DNA of 64,000 bases. It comes from Leptogorgia sarmentosa. Its lineage: Eukaryota. Location: contig OZ210884.1 of the NCBI GenBank assembly GCA_964658305.1, positions 7,502,001 through 7,566,000 of the forward strand. The letters are read 5' to 3'. Each line of letters begins with the position of its first letter. Position 1 is the first letter of the stretch. Under the pieces are notes generated by a model that did no database searches, was not told where the DNA came from, and was given only the letters and a program-made list of their open reading frames with translations. A program made the translations under genes and the position numbers. This document shows positions 40,144-53,362 of the stretch, in pieces.

Positions 40144-42897
40144 TTACTTGGTGCAAACTGCGCATGTCAGTTCTCCTCCTTGTTTGTATGGGAGACATGG
40201 CAAGGAACCACAATGACTTTCGACCACATACAACAAGCCACCGTTCAAATTCGCCTGAGTACCCGTTCTTGCTTCAGGGGCGGAATCCACACAGATAAAC
40301 TGACTTCGCTTGTGACCGATGTGGTCTGACATCAGGTAACCATGGTACTCTAGTGTCCATCCACTGGGACAGACATTGCGGGCAGGGATCATCACTTGAC
40401 TTGAGCGTGATTCGGCATGGCATACGGCGCAAACTGCTTCATGGTCATGAAGATTGTTCGGGAAAAGTGGCGCGTGTGCATTCATTTCGTATTCAACTCC
40501 GTATACGTAAGAGTAACCTTGGTTTCCATTTATGGTTTTACCGTAGATTGGATTGAGTGGCATGCAAAGGTAGTTTGATCCTCCACCAGCATGCGTATAG
40601 TGCGAACCTCCCATTACACCTGAAATAAAAAAGCACAGTATACGTGATGGATCAGACAAGCAGAAGTGATACCAACAACGGAAGTCCAGCTTCCACCGTA
40701 GAGTTAACTAAAACTACCTTATAACAACAGCTGTTGTAGTTACGATTGGTAAGATAGTGGGAAATAAAACAATCCTATGAAAATGTATTCTGGCTTAATC
40801 CGGATAAATAACAGGATCAAAATGTGTCCATACACTCTGCACAATGTATATAGTGCCCCCCAAAAAATCCCCATTTTTTTCAATCAGCTTCTGGTCCAAG
40901 AACACACATTTTTTTCAGGATCATGTTCTCCGCGAGTGGGGTGAGTTTACCTCTTATCAGTTTTTTTCAACCCTTGGATCTCAACTCTAGCATGCGGATA
41001 GTTATGATACACATACCCTCATACACAAGCGTCGTTCCACTGCGACAGGTTTTTTTACCCCATCTCGTGTACACCGTTCCTCCAGAAGGCCCTGGGGGTC
41101 CTGTTTTACCCGGAATACCTGGACGTCCTCGTGGACCTAGGGGTCCTAAAAAATAGGAAGAAATCTATCTAACCAAACACCCGAAATGATATTCTTAAAA
41201 GACCAACTATATATTAGACTTCTAAATCTATAAGTGGATCGTTACTAATGGAACCAACCAAGAATCATGGCTAAGGTAAAAATATTTTTTGAAAATGTGG
41301 GATTCCTTCATCGAAACATTTTGACCAATGCAAATATTGAAATCAAATTGGGCAATGATCCACCACATTTATCACAAAAATTATCCAGACGAAGAGAATG
41401 TTTTCTATCACCGTATTGAGTATGCATAATTATATGCTCAGAATCGCCCAGAGAAATTGGAGAGGGGGGTGTTACAATTGACAAAAAAGGGCCCTTGAGA
41501 TTCTATCTTGTAGTAATACTAAACATCATAGGGGTTCTGGGGAAAATTCTGAGATCTTATAATTGGCAGATTCACTCGTTGAAAGTATTTGGGTTATTAT
41601 TTACTACTGAATACAGTTACTGCCCAATCAATACAGTCTTATACTCGTTGACAAAAATAGACCCTCCTCTTTACTTTTTTTTGAGAAATAATCCCGTCCC
41701 GCTCCTTTTATAAACAACAAAACGTTTGCATTTATTAACAGCCTTAAACCAGTTGTTTGATAAAAAAAGAGTTATTTCATTTGATAGGTGATTAGATGAA
41801 ACTGTAATGAAACGTTGCGTATATAGAATGTTGTCACATGTATTTAGACTTTTGGGCAGCTACTGTATTTCAGTCTCTTTTTATGTGAAGGGGCTCCTAG
41901 GCCGCCTTCCCCTCCTTTCCTGTAGGCGGCAGCCTAGTATATGCTCTACTGCCCCCTGTTACTAAAATATAGCATGAAGAAAATTGCACAAAGGTAAGCA
42001 TTACTTATAATGAGATCAAGTAATACCTGGAACAATGCTGTCACGTCCGTCTCGGCCTATATGGGAATGAAAGTTCAAGATTTCAAAGACATTCGATGAA
42101 ATTGGAGGGAGTGGATAATATAGTTGCAGCACAATATTACTTTAGCGCATTTTTTTATATGCATGAATTTCGGCTTAAGGTACTTACCATCCCTTCCAGG
42201 CTGACCTTGACAGGGTGCTGAGATAGAATCATCCTCTTTATCATACCTGACATGGAACAATATATATACGAAAGAATTAGTTAACTAAACCTGTCAACTC
42301 AAGTCAAAAATAATAAAAGATTACTAGCATACACGGCGTCCCAAAAAACCCTAAAACCATTGAAATTAACGCGTTGTTTGAATTTGAATGCCCTAGCACT
42401 ATAAGCTAATGCTAATCCCACAATTAAGTGCGGATTGAATGTTTTCTATCATTGTGTAGAGCTATCCGCATTTTACAACGTTGTGCGACTTTGCAGTTTT
42501 ACTAATTCTGAGATGCTCTTTCTAGCTGTTGTGATAGATTTTCTCTCGTCAAGATTAAAATTTAGTCGAAAGCTAGAATCATTTATTGTACACTGCAAAC
42601 AATTCTTCGATTGCTATATTTACTATATTTATTTGGTACAAATCGATTCCCTACATTGGCTACACGTTCGGTGTAGTAATAAATCATGATATGTCGCTCA
42701 GTCTGCCTTAAAAGTCCTACAAAATCAATCGTTGATGGCCGGTGGTCTGCTGAAATTCATTGTTTTACAAAATAGTTTAATTTGAACAAATAGAATTTTA
42801 ATTTTACTTACTTTGTCTCGAGGTCGCTGTTTGGCGTACCATAATTCATGTGAATAAGACAGAAAATTACAAAGAGAAGTTTAAAAACAACCATCAT
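40144..42897 (-). CDS. Short-chain collagen C4 (spongin short-chain collagen-related) secreted protein, ~259 aa
   Basis: Phase-consistent exons 42812-42897 (signal peptide MMVVFKLLFVIFCLIH), 42188-42246, 42027-42056 (GRDGRD), 41017-41145 (GPLGPRGRPGIPGKTGPPGPSGGTVYTRWG) and 40144-40619 (Cys-rich NC1-like domain ending ELTCAVCTK). Confidence 0.88.
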
Positions 42898-44168
42898 GAT
42901 ATTTTTTCGCTTGATCTACAAAATGCAACTTCTAGTTGACTGCAGTGAAGGATTAAGGACAATGCCGCTCCCTTGTCGAGCAAATGTTTAATTCCCCTGA
43001 CACTGCAACGGTGCTTTTATACCAGATCAACAGATCGTTATCCAAATGTTTGCGTAATTTGAACGTGCAGGACTGAATGACTTTGCCTACAGGGTGTATT
43101 AAGTCTAAAACTGGCTCATTCAATAGAAGATCTTTCGTTTCCGGTGCTGGGTTATAATTACTCAAACTTCATTGAGTTTCTTTGTTTTTCTCACTTTGCT
43201 TCATTTCCCCTCACATTTTAGTTAATGCGCTATTTGTGATTTCTGTTAGACATATACACTTAATTCGAAAGGATTGGCAAATGTGAGACAAAGCCAACCT
43301 TCAAATTGAAATATAAAAGTGCTGTGGCTAAAATCATCAGACTCACAATTATTGACTGAAATTGACTCTTGGCTATAATGCCTGTTCATACGAGAGATTT
43401 TTTTCCTGGGACTTTCTCCTTTTGACAGATATTGAACGAGCGGGTTAATAACAAATGTGCTCAGTGTGTGTTTATTAACATTCGTGGCTGGTTTACTCGT
43501 TCATATCCGTCAAAGGAGAAAATCGCACAAAAAATCGCAGCAAAATCTGTCGTGCAAATGGCCTTGACATATCTCCGCATTTGACGAGGCTTTTAAACTT
43601 GATTGTTCGATCTCAACTTGAGATTGGTTTGTCTTTGTACCACTTTTCAAAGTTGTATACATCCGCTTGGATCAGGGTTCGTTTGGGACGAAAAACTGTT
43701 GAGATACTAACGATAAACAAATCGAAATGTGGCGTAAAGGCTGCTTTCCAGTTTGGGGTTTTTTCCCACGCACGATTACGCAAGTAAAAATTGAAATTGA
43801 TTTCACTGACGTTAGCCTCTTTACAATCACATGAATAAACGTAGCTATATATGTGTGAAGTGTTTCTGAAGGTATTTTATTAATAAGATGTAAAAAGCGT
43901 AATTTGAATACTGCCTTAAGCCCTTAAACTGATGTTACACAGGATGATTTTCAACGACAATTCGCAATGCAAATAAAGTTGCATGAGATTTGATTGGTTA
44001 AGCAGCCCGTTGCGGTGCAAATTGTCATTGAAAATCATCGCCTTTATAGACGTCGCATGCTCTGGTTATGTGCCAAACTTAATGTTTATTACACATTCAC
44101 TTTCACTGCGTTCACTCTTACTGCATGGTGGCAATGGCACAAGAGGTTAGGTTATCGGACCTAGCTAA

Positions 44169-44288
44169 GGCCTAGGTCAAACGTCGAACTTTTCATGTGC
44201 CGAACCTAATGTTAATGAGCAAAGTTCTTTGTTTGAACTCATTTGCATTAGGTTCGGCACATGAAAAGTTCGACGTTTGACCTAGGCC
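44169..44288. mobile_element. 120-bp palindromic Harbinger-like MITE
   Basis: Perfect ~43-bp TIRs GGCCTAGGTCAAACGTCGAACTTTTCATGTGCCGAACCTAATG with TAA on both flanks. Confidence 0.85.
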
Positions 44289-45217
44289 TAAGACAGATGG
44301 AGAGTTCGACGTCCTTGCATGTACAAAATGATGTACAGTCCAAGCGGACATGCATGCACATACAGGTCAGAGCCCGAAAATTTTCAGTTCCCCTGATATA
44401 GTTCTGCCAATATTTCAGCACCAAATATCTCAAGAAACCTCTGAGTGGCTTCCTGTATCGTAGACCTTTGAGTAAAATTGCATATTCATTATGAAATTAT
44501 GATAACTTTTATTTGTAGCTACAGGGTGTCCCCAAAAAAGTGACTTCTATAGAAATCAGCTCTTTTGTTTTCAAACGTGCGTTCCTATGCATTTGAGAAT
44601 GTAATTGAATGGCTCATGAACGACAGAAGTATTAATTTATAACAGCATGCGATTTTGTTGCTGTTCGTCAAAAGCTAATTTAAATTTCCAGAGGTGCACA
44701 GTATATAGGAATCTTCCATGCAACATACATCGAAAGAATACCGTTGCGGTATATTTCATTAACATATAGCTATGGGTCCACTCCTTGAAAATGTGTTTTG
44801 ACAAAGCACAAAATGTGGCGTTGTTTGTTTGGATATTCAACATTTGAAGTAACTTGTGGATGTTCCGATTATACTTAGTTTACTTATTTCCCCTGGTACT
44901 TAACAAGTTTTTGCATGCAACGAATTTAATTGGCGGCACTCCTTTCAAGTGAATACAATTACTCTTGTCTTTGTCTTCGTGCTATTAAAAGTCGGACAAA
45001 GAAGTTTAGTTTATTCCCAAAACGTTATTTCCCCTACCACTGATGAGATAAGTTCAACCGAGTCAATTCCATTACAGATTAACGTTGATTACAGTAGAAT
45101 CATACTAGTATGCTATCAGTTGTAAATTCCGTAGTTTGATTTCCTACTCTACTCCCAATCCATCCGTCGATCGATTGATAACGAGCCATAACACTGGATC
45201 TAGTCAGTTATTCATGT

Positions 45218-45453
45218 GGGACCAGTTGTTCAAAGCTAGTTTAAGGCTAGGTTAAAATTTAACCCGGCAGTATTTCAGTTTGTTGTGTTTCGGCGCGCAT
45301 GTTTACCCCGAACTTTAAAGAAGAAAGCTTTCATTGATTCAGACAAGATTTCTGAAAAAATATTTCTATATTCATAAACAAACGTTACGAAATTTGCATC
45401 GAATTTTAGATTAACCACGGGCTCAGCTGGCTTGGCATTTGAACAACTTGCCC
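45218..45453. mobile_element. Degenerate Harbinger-like MITE (GGNCCRGTTGTTCAAA family)
   Basis: GGGACCAGTTGTTCAAA ... TTTGAACAACTTGCCC termini. Same size (~230 bp) as 9905-10133. Confidence 0.55.
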
Positions 45454-45612
45454 ATGGTTATTAGGCCTACACTTTATGCGAATGTCATCTAGAAAGGGTA
45501 TTCTATTGTAATAGCTTATTCCGAAATCAATTGCAAGATACCGATTAAGATTGCGATTGTGTCAACTGTAGTTTGTCAAGAGAATTTCAGCGCATTCTTT
45601 ATTGGTAAGGGT

Positions 45613-46024
45613 GAGGGCCTGCATGAGAGGGCCTGCATGAGAGGGCCTGCATGAGAGGGCCTGCATGAGAGGGCCTGCATGAGAGGGCCTGCATGAGAGG
45701 GCCTGCATGAGAGGGCCTGCATGAGAGGGCCTGCATGAGAGGGCCTGCATGAGAGGGCCTGCATGAGAGGGCCTGCATGAGAGGGCCTGCATGAGAGGGC
45801 CTGCATGAGAGGGCCTGCATGAGAGGGCCTGCATGAGAGGGCCTGCATGAGAGGGCCTGCATGAGAGGGCCTGCATGAGAGGGCCTGCATGAGAGGGCCT
45901 GCATGAGAGGGCCTGCATGAGAGGGCCTGCATGAGAGGGCCTGCATGAGAGGGCCTGCATGAGAGGGCCTGCATGAGAGGGCCTGCATGAGAGGGCCTGC
46001 ATGAGAGGGCCTGCATGAGAGGGC
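45613..46024. repeat. Perfect 14-bp minisatellite (GAGGGCCTGCATGA) x ~29
   Basis: Uninterrupted, identical units over 412 bp. Confidence 0.95.
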
Positions 46025-47209
46025 AGATTGACAGGTGTCAACTGTCACGCCACTTGGTAAAATGAGTCGCGACTAACTTGCATGAAAGGCTAACTCAACA
46101 CCATTTATTCGAGCGCCTATACTAGCACACGGTTTGCACGAGCTGTGTTTTCGATATAACGTCAACACGCATTTTTCACCGGTTATGCGTCGAGCAATCA
46201 AGTTTTAGCACGTTCTATGCACTAACCGTTCAAACTTCATCAAATAATATTAAAGATTTAAATCCTAGCATTTCAACGGTCTGCAATATTTTACTTTCGT
46301 ATTTATTATTTATTATATGCTTAGCCCTAAGCCTAGCCATAACTTAATTACGATATTTCAAATATCATCATGAAATTGAAGTTACATGTAATAATTGAAA
46401 TATAATTAAACTTTGAGATGCTTTAATAATAAGCAGTTGTTCGATAGGTTACATTGGAAACGTATTGGATAATTTTGCAATAGTAATTTTGCCGGGAAGC
46501 GTCAGTGAGTCAGACGAAACAGTACTGCCGTACATTAAATATTTTTGTAACATCAAGCGTGTTAACACGTATAAAATAATATTGGCCACAATCCTTAAAT
46601 GAAATGCGGTGTATAAGAAAATCTGACCTAGACCGATGAGCGGTTGGTGAACAGTAAAGCAGAATCGCTAAAGCCCTGGGAACGAATTTATCCGCGTGGG
46701 TCGTATGCTTGTTTGCTGCATGGCTTGGCCTTGTTTATAACACTCTATATCGAGTTGAGCACAAAGTCCAGTGGTCGAGCTCTTTGATTTTACCGCAAGT
46801 TCAGTAAACAACAGCAATACGTGCACATAATGCTAATGAATTAAACCGAAAGAAACTACTTTTTTTTAGAAACTGCTTTAATTTTATGATATTTTCTTGT
46901 TCATACAACAGACACAAATTATATTGGTTAAGTATTATGATTTGAAAAGCTTTCTCATCACTGACATACTCTTCCATTTCATTTTTGAGTATTAAGCAGT
47001 TTTTCTGGCATATGCATGAAGATGTAATTTTGGCGGGGAAATATTAATCGAGAATACATTGTTATAGCAACACTTAAATTCATAGTAACATCATCTCGTG
47101 CTGCGTGTGAGCATAAAAGTCATTAAAATTTAAGGCGTTTTCAAATTTTGCCACATATTAATCTCATTCAAAATCGTTTGAGTCGGTTTAATTAGAATTT
47201 CTTTCCGAA

Positions 47210-50194
47210 ATGCAGGGTAGGAATGGTGTAAAAACGCTTCAACAGTGGACATTTTGTCTTCTTTTAAGCATTTTCCTTCAATACAGAGCCATGTCTGTTT
47301 TCTCGTGTATTGCTTTTTCACCAGTGACATTACCGACCAGACAATGTAATTCTACAAATCATTCAAACAACGGTGTTGCTCATACGGAAGAACCCACTAT
47401 TACAATTAAAGATAGAAGAAATATGTTCATGCGGCCAGTAAAAGGTAAACTGTTATTTTATCAATTCATTTCAAACAAGAAGTTAGTTGTTTTTGTGTTA
47501 GCAAGCAACTAAAGTTTTGCTTACTACCTAAACGATACAATAACGTTTCGAGAATTAAAATGCCTTTTGTTTTAATGTGTTGGAAATGGAAAGGAATCTT
47601 ATACTGTATCGTTTAGGTAGTAGAGAAAAACTTTTACTGCCTGTTGATCAGTGTTGCTATCAACTACCAACACTGGATGCATATTGAAGTTCGTCTTGCA
47701 CTAGTTCGAATACGGACTATACTGTATAATAACTCACCCAAGATATATTACAATACAGAAAATTTCTGCTGTCATTGTTTACGACATTTCTGAACTAGGA
47801 TATCGTCTGGAAGGCTGTTCGTACAGTGAGAAACATGCCGGAAGTATGATCGACTGTGTTCATTTGTGTCTTCGTGAAAGTAGTACATGTCGATCGATCA
47901 ATTTTGGAAAAAAGCAAAATAATGAGGAAGAACAAAGATGTCAGCTGAATAACTCAACGAAAGAGAAATATTTTGAAAAATTTACAAAAAATCCGGCGTT
48001 TGACTATCTGGAATTAAAACAGGTACAGATAAAGACATCGATATTTCCATCGCGTCAAATGCAAATGAATTCAAATATTTGCGAGTATTTGTAGTCGTTT
48101 CTGTTATACGATTCTCGCAAAGCATGCTGGTAGTAGTAGTGGTCAATTATGTATCAGGTCTATTGAGTAGATTATTGTAACTTATCTCACTATCTAATGT
48201 TCGGCTGCATTTGATGTGACGGAAGTTCATCTTCCATATTCACAAAATGTTTTCCACTTTAATATTCAATATTGCCTCTAGCCTGTGATGGTATGGTTCA
48301 TGATTTCCTTTCAATTCGGATATTCTTAAATATAGTACAAGACATATTTCTAAATCTGCAAAACATTGCGCTACATCCTGGCGAGTTTGGGAACATATAG
48401 CTGTGCGCGCATCATTTGTGAAAATATTATCCGTCATTGTTCATCCTCGCGATTTAGGAAATTGAAAATCACGTCTAGAATTGAGCATTGAATCGTTTCC
48501 TCTGTTTTTTTTCCCCGTAGATCGTGCCAATATCCTTCTCGACAGAAAAAAGAGGTAATAATGTCCTCTTTTTAACCCGGTTGTTGATGGGATTTACAAT
48601 GCTGAATTTGAAAAAAAAATGCTATTCACTTCAATGTTTTTGAAAACCTCAGTCAGTGGCGATTACAGAAAGTCATGAACTTTTTTCCTTGTATTGCTTT
48701 TTTATTATGTTTCAGTATAAAGTATGGAATATGTGATTTGCAAGTTTTTGCGTTCTTTAAAGTTCAGAGTGAAGTATTTTAACTGATTTTGCAATACATT
48801 TAGTTTCAAACAGTTGGAACTGGGAATGTGCATGCCTGATTTCAAAGCACTAAACTGGCAAGAAATTACATAATCAAAGTGTCGGGCCAGCTATAGCTTA
48901 ATCACTGCTATACAAACTTCGTAAATCGTAATTCTCTGTTGGATTGTTTCGTCGGTTCGGCCACATTAATTTTCAAGATATTTATGTCTTTTTTATTAGC
49001 TCGTAAACTATTATTGAGTTTGATATTCACCATTCTAGTCCCCAAAGGGTGTCTTCAACTGTACGAAGAAGGCAAGAGAGGCAATGGTATCTATAATATC
49101 GATCCAGATGGAAAAGGAAATTTTTCAGTCCTATGCGATATGGAATCTTCAGGAGGAGGTTGGACAGTCTTTCAGAAACGTTTTAACGGCAGTGTCAATT
49201 TTTACCGAAATTGGACAGAATATCAACATGGCTTTGGCGATTTGAGCAGAGAGTTTTGGCTGGGCTTGGAGAAAATTCATCGCATGTCTATGGGAACTGA
49301 GAATGTTTTAAGGATCGAAATGGAGGATTTCGAAGGAGAGCAGCGTTACGCAGAGTATCGACCATTTGAAGTTCTTAATGAATGTGAACAATACAAATTG
49401 GTTATTGGAAACTATTCAGGTTTCTATTCTGATATTTTCCATACCGATATTTTTAAGATAGTGAACTTAATTATTATTATGTCGCCAGCGTATTAGCGGA
49501 TAACAAATCAGCAAGTACGGGGCGTTTTTTAAAGGTTGTACGTCAGCGCGCTATTCACTGAATAACAAATTATTCAGGCTTCCTAAAGACTGAGCAACCC
49601 GTTGGCTACGACTTAGTCGCATTTTCTATCAATCGCCAGGCCCACATTTGCAATTTCATAGTGTTTTGAAAATATTTTGAACAGAATTATAGTAGATATA
49701 GTGAATAGCACTATCGACTTTGAAACAACCGAATCCAGGAAATGTTCTACTTACTACTTACACGATACAAAAAATTCCAGAAGGGGGGTTTTTCTAGGAA
49801 ATTATTTTATGAAACTACTCCCATCCCCCATCTATCCCGCTTCCCTCCCCTCTTTCGACCATATAAACTGAACTTACGCCACTGTCGACATGCCCTAAGA
49901 TCCATATCTTCTTTGCTTTAAAAAACAGGTGATGCTGGGGATTCGCTTGGATATCACAACAACATGAGATTTTCCACCAAAGATGCGGATAATGATCCCT
50001 TTAAACAATTACACTGCGCCAGACTATGTAAAAGTGGATGGTGGTATTCCAGCTGTTTTAAATCCAACTTAAATGGATATTACTACGATCGTAACCAAAC
50101 TGCGAGATTCGACGGTATTATTTGGTCGGGTTGGAAAGGATATCAACAGTCATTGCAAGCGGCTGAAATGAAGTTTAGACCTGCTTCCCTTTAG
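47210..50194 (+). CDS. Secreted PAN/Apple + fibrinogen C-terminal (FReD) domain protein, ~379 aa
   Basis: Exons 47210-47444 (hydrophobic signal-like segment, ends RPVK-G|GT), 47799-48022 (PAN), 48521-48554, 49039-49419 (CDMESSGGGWTVFQKRFNGSVNFYRNWTEYQHGFGDLSREFWLGLEKIH) and 49929-50194 (GDAGDSLGYHNNMRFSTKDADND..GWWYSSCFKSNLNG..MKFRP). All phases are consistent. Confidence 0.88.
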
Positions 50195-50203
50195 ACCTCT
50201 ATA

Positions 50204-50452
50204 GGACCGGTTGTTTGAAAGTCGGATAACTTTATCCACTGGATATAATAGCTAGTGATTTTTGTTCTAAAAATGCTCATGAGCTACAAAGTTGCAGATA
50301 TAGGCTTGCATGGCAATTGACGAAAAGAAAGCCCATCTCTAAAATACCAAAGTTAACCTGAATCTGACAAGTCCAAGTTTTCAAGGAGCCCGAGAAACAC
50401 TCTTACTATCCCGTGGATTATAGCGCTATCAAACTTTCGAACTACCTGCCCC
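50204..50452. mobile_element. Degenerate Harbinger-like MITE immediately after the FReD stop codon
   Basis: GGACCGGTTGTTTGAAAG ... CTTTCGAACTACCTGCCCC imperfect termini. Confidence 0.5.
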
Positions 50453-51497
50453 TGTGGATTTCTATGATAATTTTCACGTTGGTGCATGTGTATTACGGAT
50501 TTTATTACATGGGATATTTCGATATTTCTCGCTCAGTTGTTCGAAAGTAGGAAAGCGCCATTCTTAATAGGGACAGTTATGAGGCGGTATACAGAGACAA
50601 AAATTTAATGCCAGATGGAAGACCAATATCCGAACGTTTTCCCAAGATGTACACATGAAAATTACCAAGTGTTTTTTTATAGTTACATTACGGAATTTAT
50701 TAAAGTGTCACTGTCATGAAATTTGAATTATTTTCGTTGCTTTGAATTAATGTATTGATGTATATATATTGTTTATGTATTGAATAATTGAGAACTGCCA
50801 GCATGCATTAGAATAATATAAGTATAGAAATGCAAGCTCTCAATGAATGATGTTACCCCTTGCGTAATAATGATTAGTAATAGTAGGATTTGAAGAATTC
50901 TTATTTAAGTCCACAGATCGAAGATATGGATCGGAAAAGTTACGGAGAACGTGTTTTTTTTTCTTTTTTCATATTATTTTAAAATACTAAATTATTAACC
51001 TCATATGTCGATTGTCGATATATATTAATAAGGCTCAACAACAATTGTTGATTCACTCAAAATGGACAATATTAAAATATAATCAGTACTTCAACGTTTT
51101 ATTATTATAAAAATATTGTACTTTCTTTTCGTCTAGCTGACCGACCGTGAGTAAAAGGCATGGAACTAGCAACCGAATATAAATCTATTTCGCTGTTTTT
51201 GATTACTCATGTATTTTATAGTCCGTTACGAAATATAGTAATCATGCTCAATAGATAAAGTAATAAGGGTGCTAGAAATTTCAGTGGAAAATCATTATAT
51301 AAATTTCTCAAGGAATTCAATTAAATGCAATATCATATAGTTATATGATGACATTTCATGTCATATTATTTGCTAGAAGTAATCATTTATCACCTGTGAT
51401 ATTACATCTTCAACTTAAGAAAACATTTCGCATTTGCTGCAGGTAGAATAAATGAGTTGCAGCTGCAGAGGTCGTCTGAGAAGGTTTAAAAAATATA

Positions 51498-52379
51498 ATG
51501 AATCAAACTGTATCAATTTGTAACTTTGCTTGGACTTCTCTTCCAAGTTTCTATTTTGTTCTACGTTGTGTAATTATATTTGTTGGAATATCTTCAAATG
51601 TTCTTCTCCTGATTGGAATGACAATGGATCCGCTGAAGTGCTTTAAAAATGCTTCATCTTACTTGATTTTAAATCTCTCTATAACCGACATTCTCACTGG
51701 TGTCGTGTGGATTTTAGTTCAATATTGGCAACCATGTATTGATGGAATTAGTTTTCATCCATTCATTCTCTTGCCGCCTTACGTTGCCTGTTTTTACATT
51801 TTCACAATGGCTTTTGATCGCTACATGAGTTGCGTTCATCCATTCAAGTATCGAATCCTAATAACTCGTAATGTGACATTCGCTGTTGTTTCTGTTCAGT
51901 GGTTTTTATCGAGTGTTCATTTGGTTTGCGAAATGCTGTATAAAGATGAAGATCTGTTTTTTTATTCAAAATGCATCATAGCTATGGTAATACTGACAGG
52001 AGCGACAATAATGTACAGTAAAGCAGCCTACGTTCTGAAAAATAATTCAAAGTATTTAAACACTGCTGGTGGGATTTCGTCGTCTCATAATAATGCCAGA
52101 CATGCACGTTTTATCAATGAAAAACGCTTGCTCACAACGATGTTTTACGTATCATGCATTACAATAACAACAATGAGTCCCGCGTCAATCTATCTAGCTG
52201 TTGCTGGAGAAAGTTTTATTGTCAACGAACAAGTACATCAAGGCAAGGATCACTTACACGTATGGCTTGCCATGTTATTATTCGTCAACTTTTCAATCAA
52301 TCCATTCATGTACACCTGGCGTTTAAAGAACTATAGAGCAACATTAAAAATACTTATTAAAAAACTGCGCTTCTACTGA
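51498..52379 (+). CDS. Orphan rhodopsin-like (class A) GPCR with an intronless CDS, 293 aa
   Basis: Seven hydrophobic segments. TM1 SN, TM2 LILNLSITD, TM3 FDRY followed by VHPFKY, TM7 NFSINPFMY and helix 8 YRATLK. N-terminal NQT sequon. Confidence 0.9.
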   Translation: MNQTVSICNFAWTSLPSFYFVLRCVIIFVGISSNVLLLIGMTMDPLKCFKNASSYLILNLSITDILTGVVWILVQYWQPCIDGISFHPFILLPPYVACFYIFTMAFDRYMSCVHPFKYRILITRNVTFAVVSVQWFLSSVHLVCEMLYKDEDLFFYSKCIIAMVILTGATIMYSKAAYVLKNNSKYLNTAGGISSSHNNARHARFINEKRLLTTMFYVSCITITTMSPASIYLAVAGESFIVNEQVHQGKDHLHVWLAMLLFVNFSINPFMYTWRLKNYRATLKILIKKLRFY

Positions 52380-53130
52380 AGAACTTAAAATGGAATAATA
52401 TTTAAGGCAACTCGTTAATTATAGGCAATATTAGAATACTAGCTGAATCGTTATTTTGTTGTAATGGATCCGGATTAACACGATGTTGTGGGGTCTCTAA
52501 ATATATCGAGTCCCGTTAAAGATAGCGCCTAGTAGCTCCGGGATAAATTTCAAAGCGTTGAAAACGTCGTGACTCGTGAGACGTAGTTCTATGTTTTGGT
52601 CTTTCAGGTTAAAAAAGTTTGCCTTATTCTTGTCCATATTTTCACCGTTGTTTAGTCACTCCTTGATAAAATCAAGATAACACAATGCAACATTTTTAAA
52701 AAGTTTTATTCTATACAACTATAAATGGATCTACATATTTAGCTACGTGCATGTTCCTCTCATGCAGCTAATAAGATAATATAACTTCAATTATATTATT
52801 GAATTTTTATTATAATATGTTGTATATACTATACCGTTTATCTTCTGATCTATAGCTACAAATTTTCCAATCATACATGTGGTGGTTAAATTACAATCAC
52901 ATTATCACAACAAGAATCTCTTTCTTAAAATACCTCAGTTCGATTCATTGATATCGACATAGCTACGTACAAAGAACTTATACAACTTTTGTATTTCTAA
53001 GACTCATTACCGCATGATCACAACCCGGCATTTGGAAAGTTTTTCGCAAGATTCGTTTCGTGATTTGAAATATTGGCCAAAGACATTCATCTTGTTACAA
53101 GAGACAGGAGATAATATAAAAGATCCTGAC

Positions 53131-53362
53131 GACCCGGTTGTTCAAAAGCTGGTAAGGTTAACCACGTGTTACATAGTTTGGGACTCAAGGCAAATTTTCC
53201 AACAAATTAAAAAATATTTCTTCAAAAATCTCAACAGCATCAAAAATGGTTTCCCCCTTAAAAGTTTCGAAGTAAACAGACGTGCAGAAATACACAAACT
53301 AAAACGCTGGGTTTTTATTTTAAATCCAGGTTAGCGTTAACCTGCTCTTAAACAACCGGGTC
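53131..53362. mobile_element. Harbinger-like MITE (GACCCGGTTGTTCAAA family)
   Basis: GACCCGGTTGTTCAAAAGC..GGTTAAC / GTTAACC.GCTCTTAAACAACCGGGTC inverted termini. Confidence 0.65.

Larger units (their letters stand above)
33979..40630. repeat. Tandem segmental duplication, copy 2
   Basis: Begins abruptly at GATCTCTACTTAAAGTGG (33979, equivalent to 25524) in the middle of a GON exon. Confidence 0.9.

Noticed and set aside
45562..46048. Three overlapping repeat ORFs (MQALSCRPSHAGPL)n
   Set aside because: By-product of a stop-free 14-bp minisatellite; no evidence of coding function.
53014..53334. 106-aa ORF
   Set aside because: Largely overlaps a MITE and has no protein-like features.
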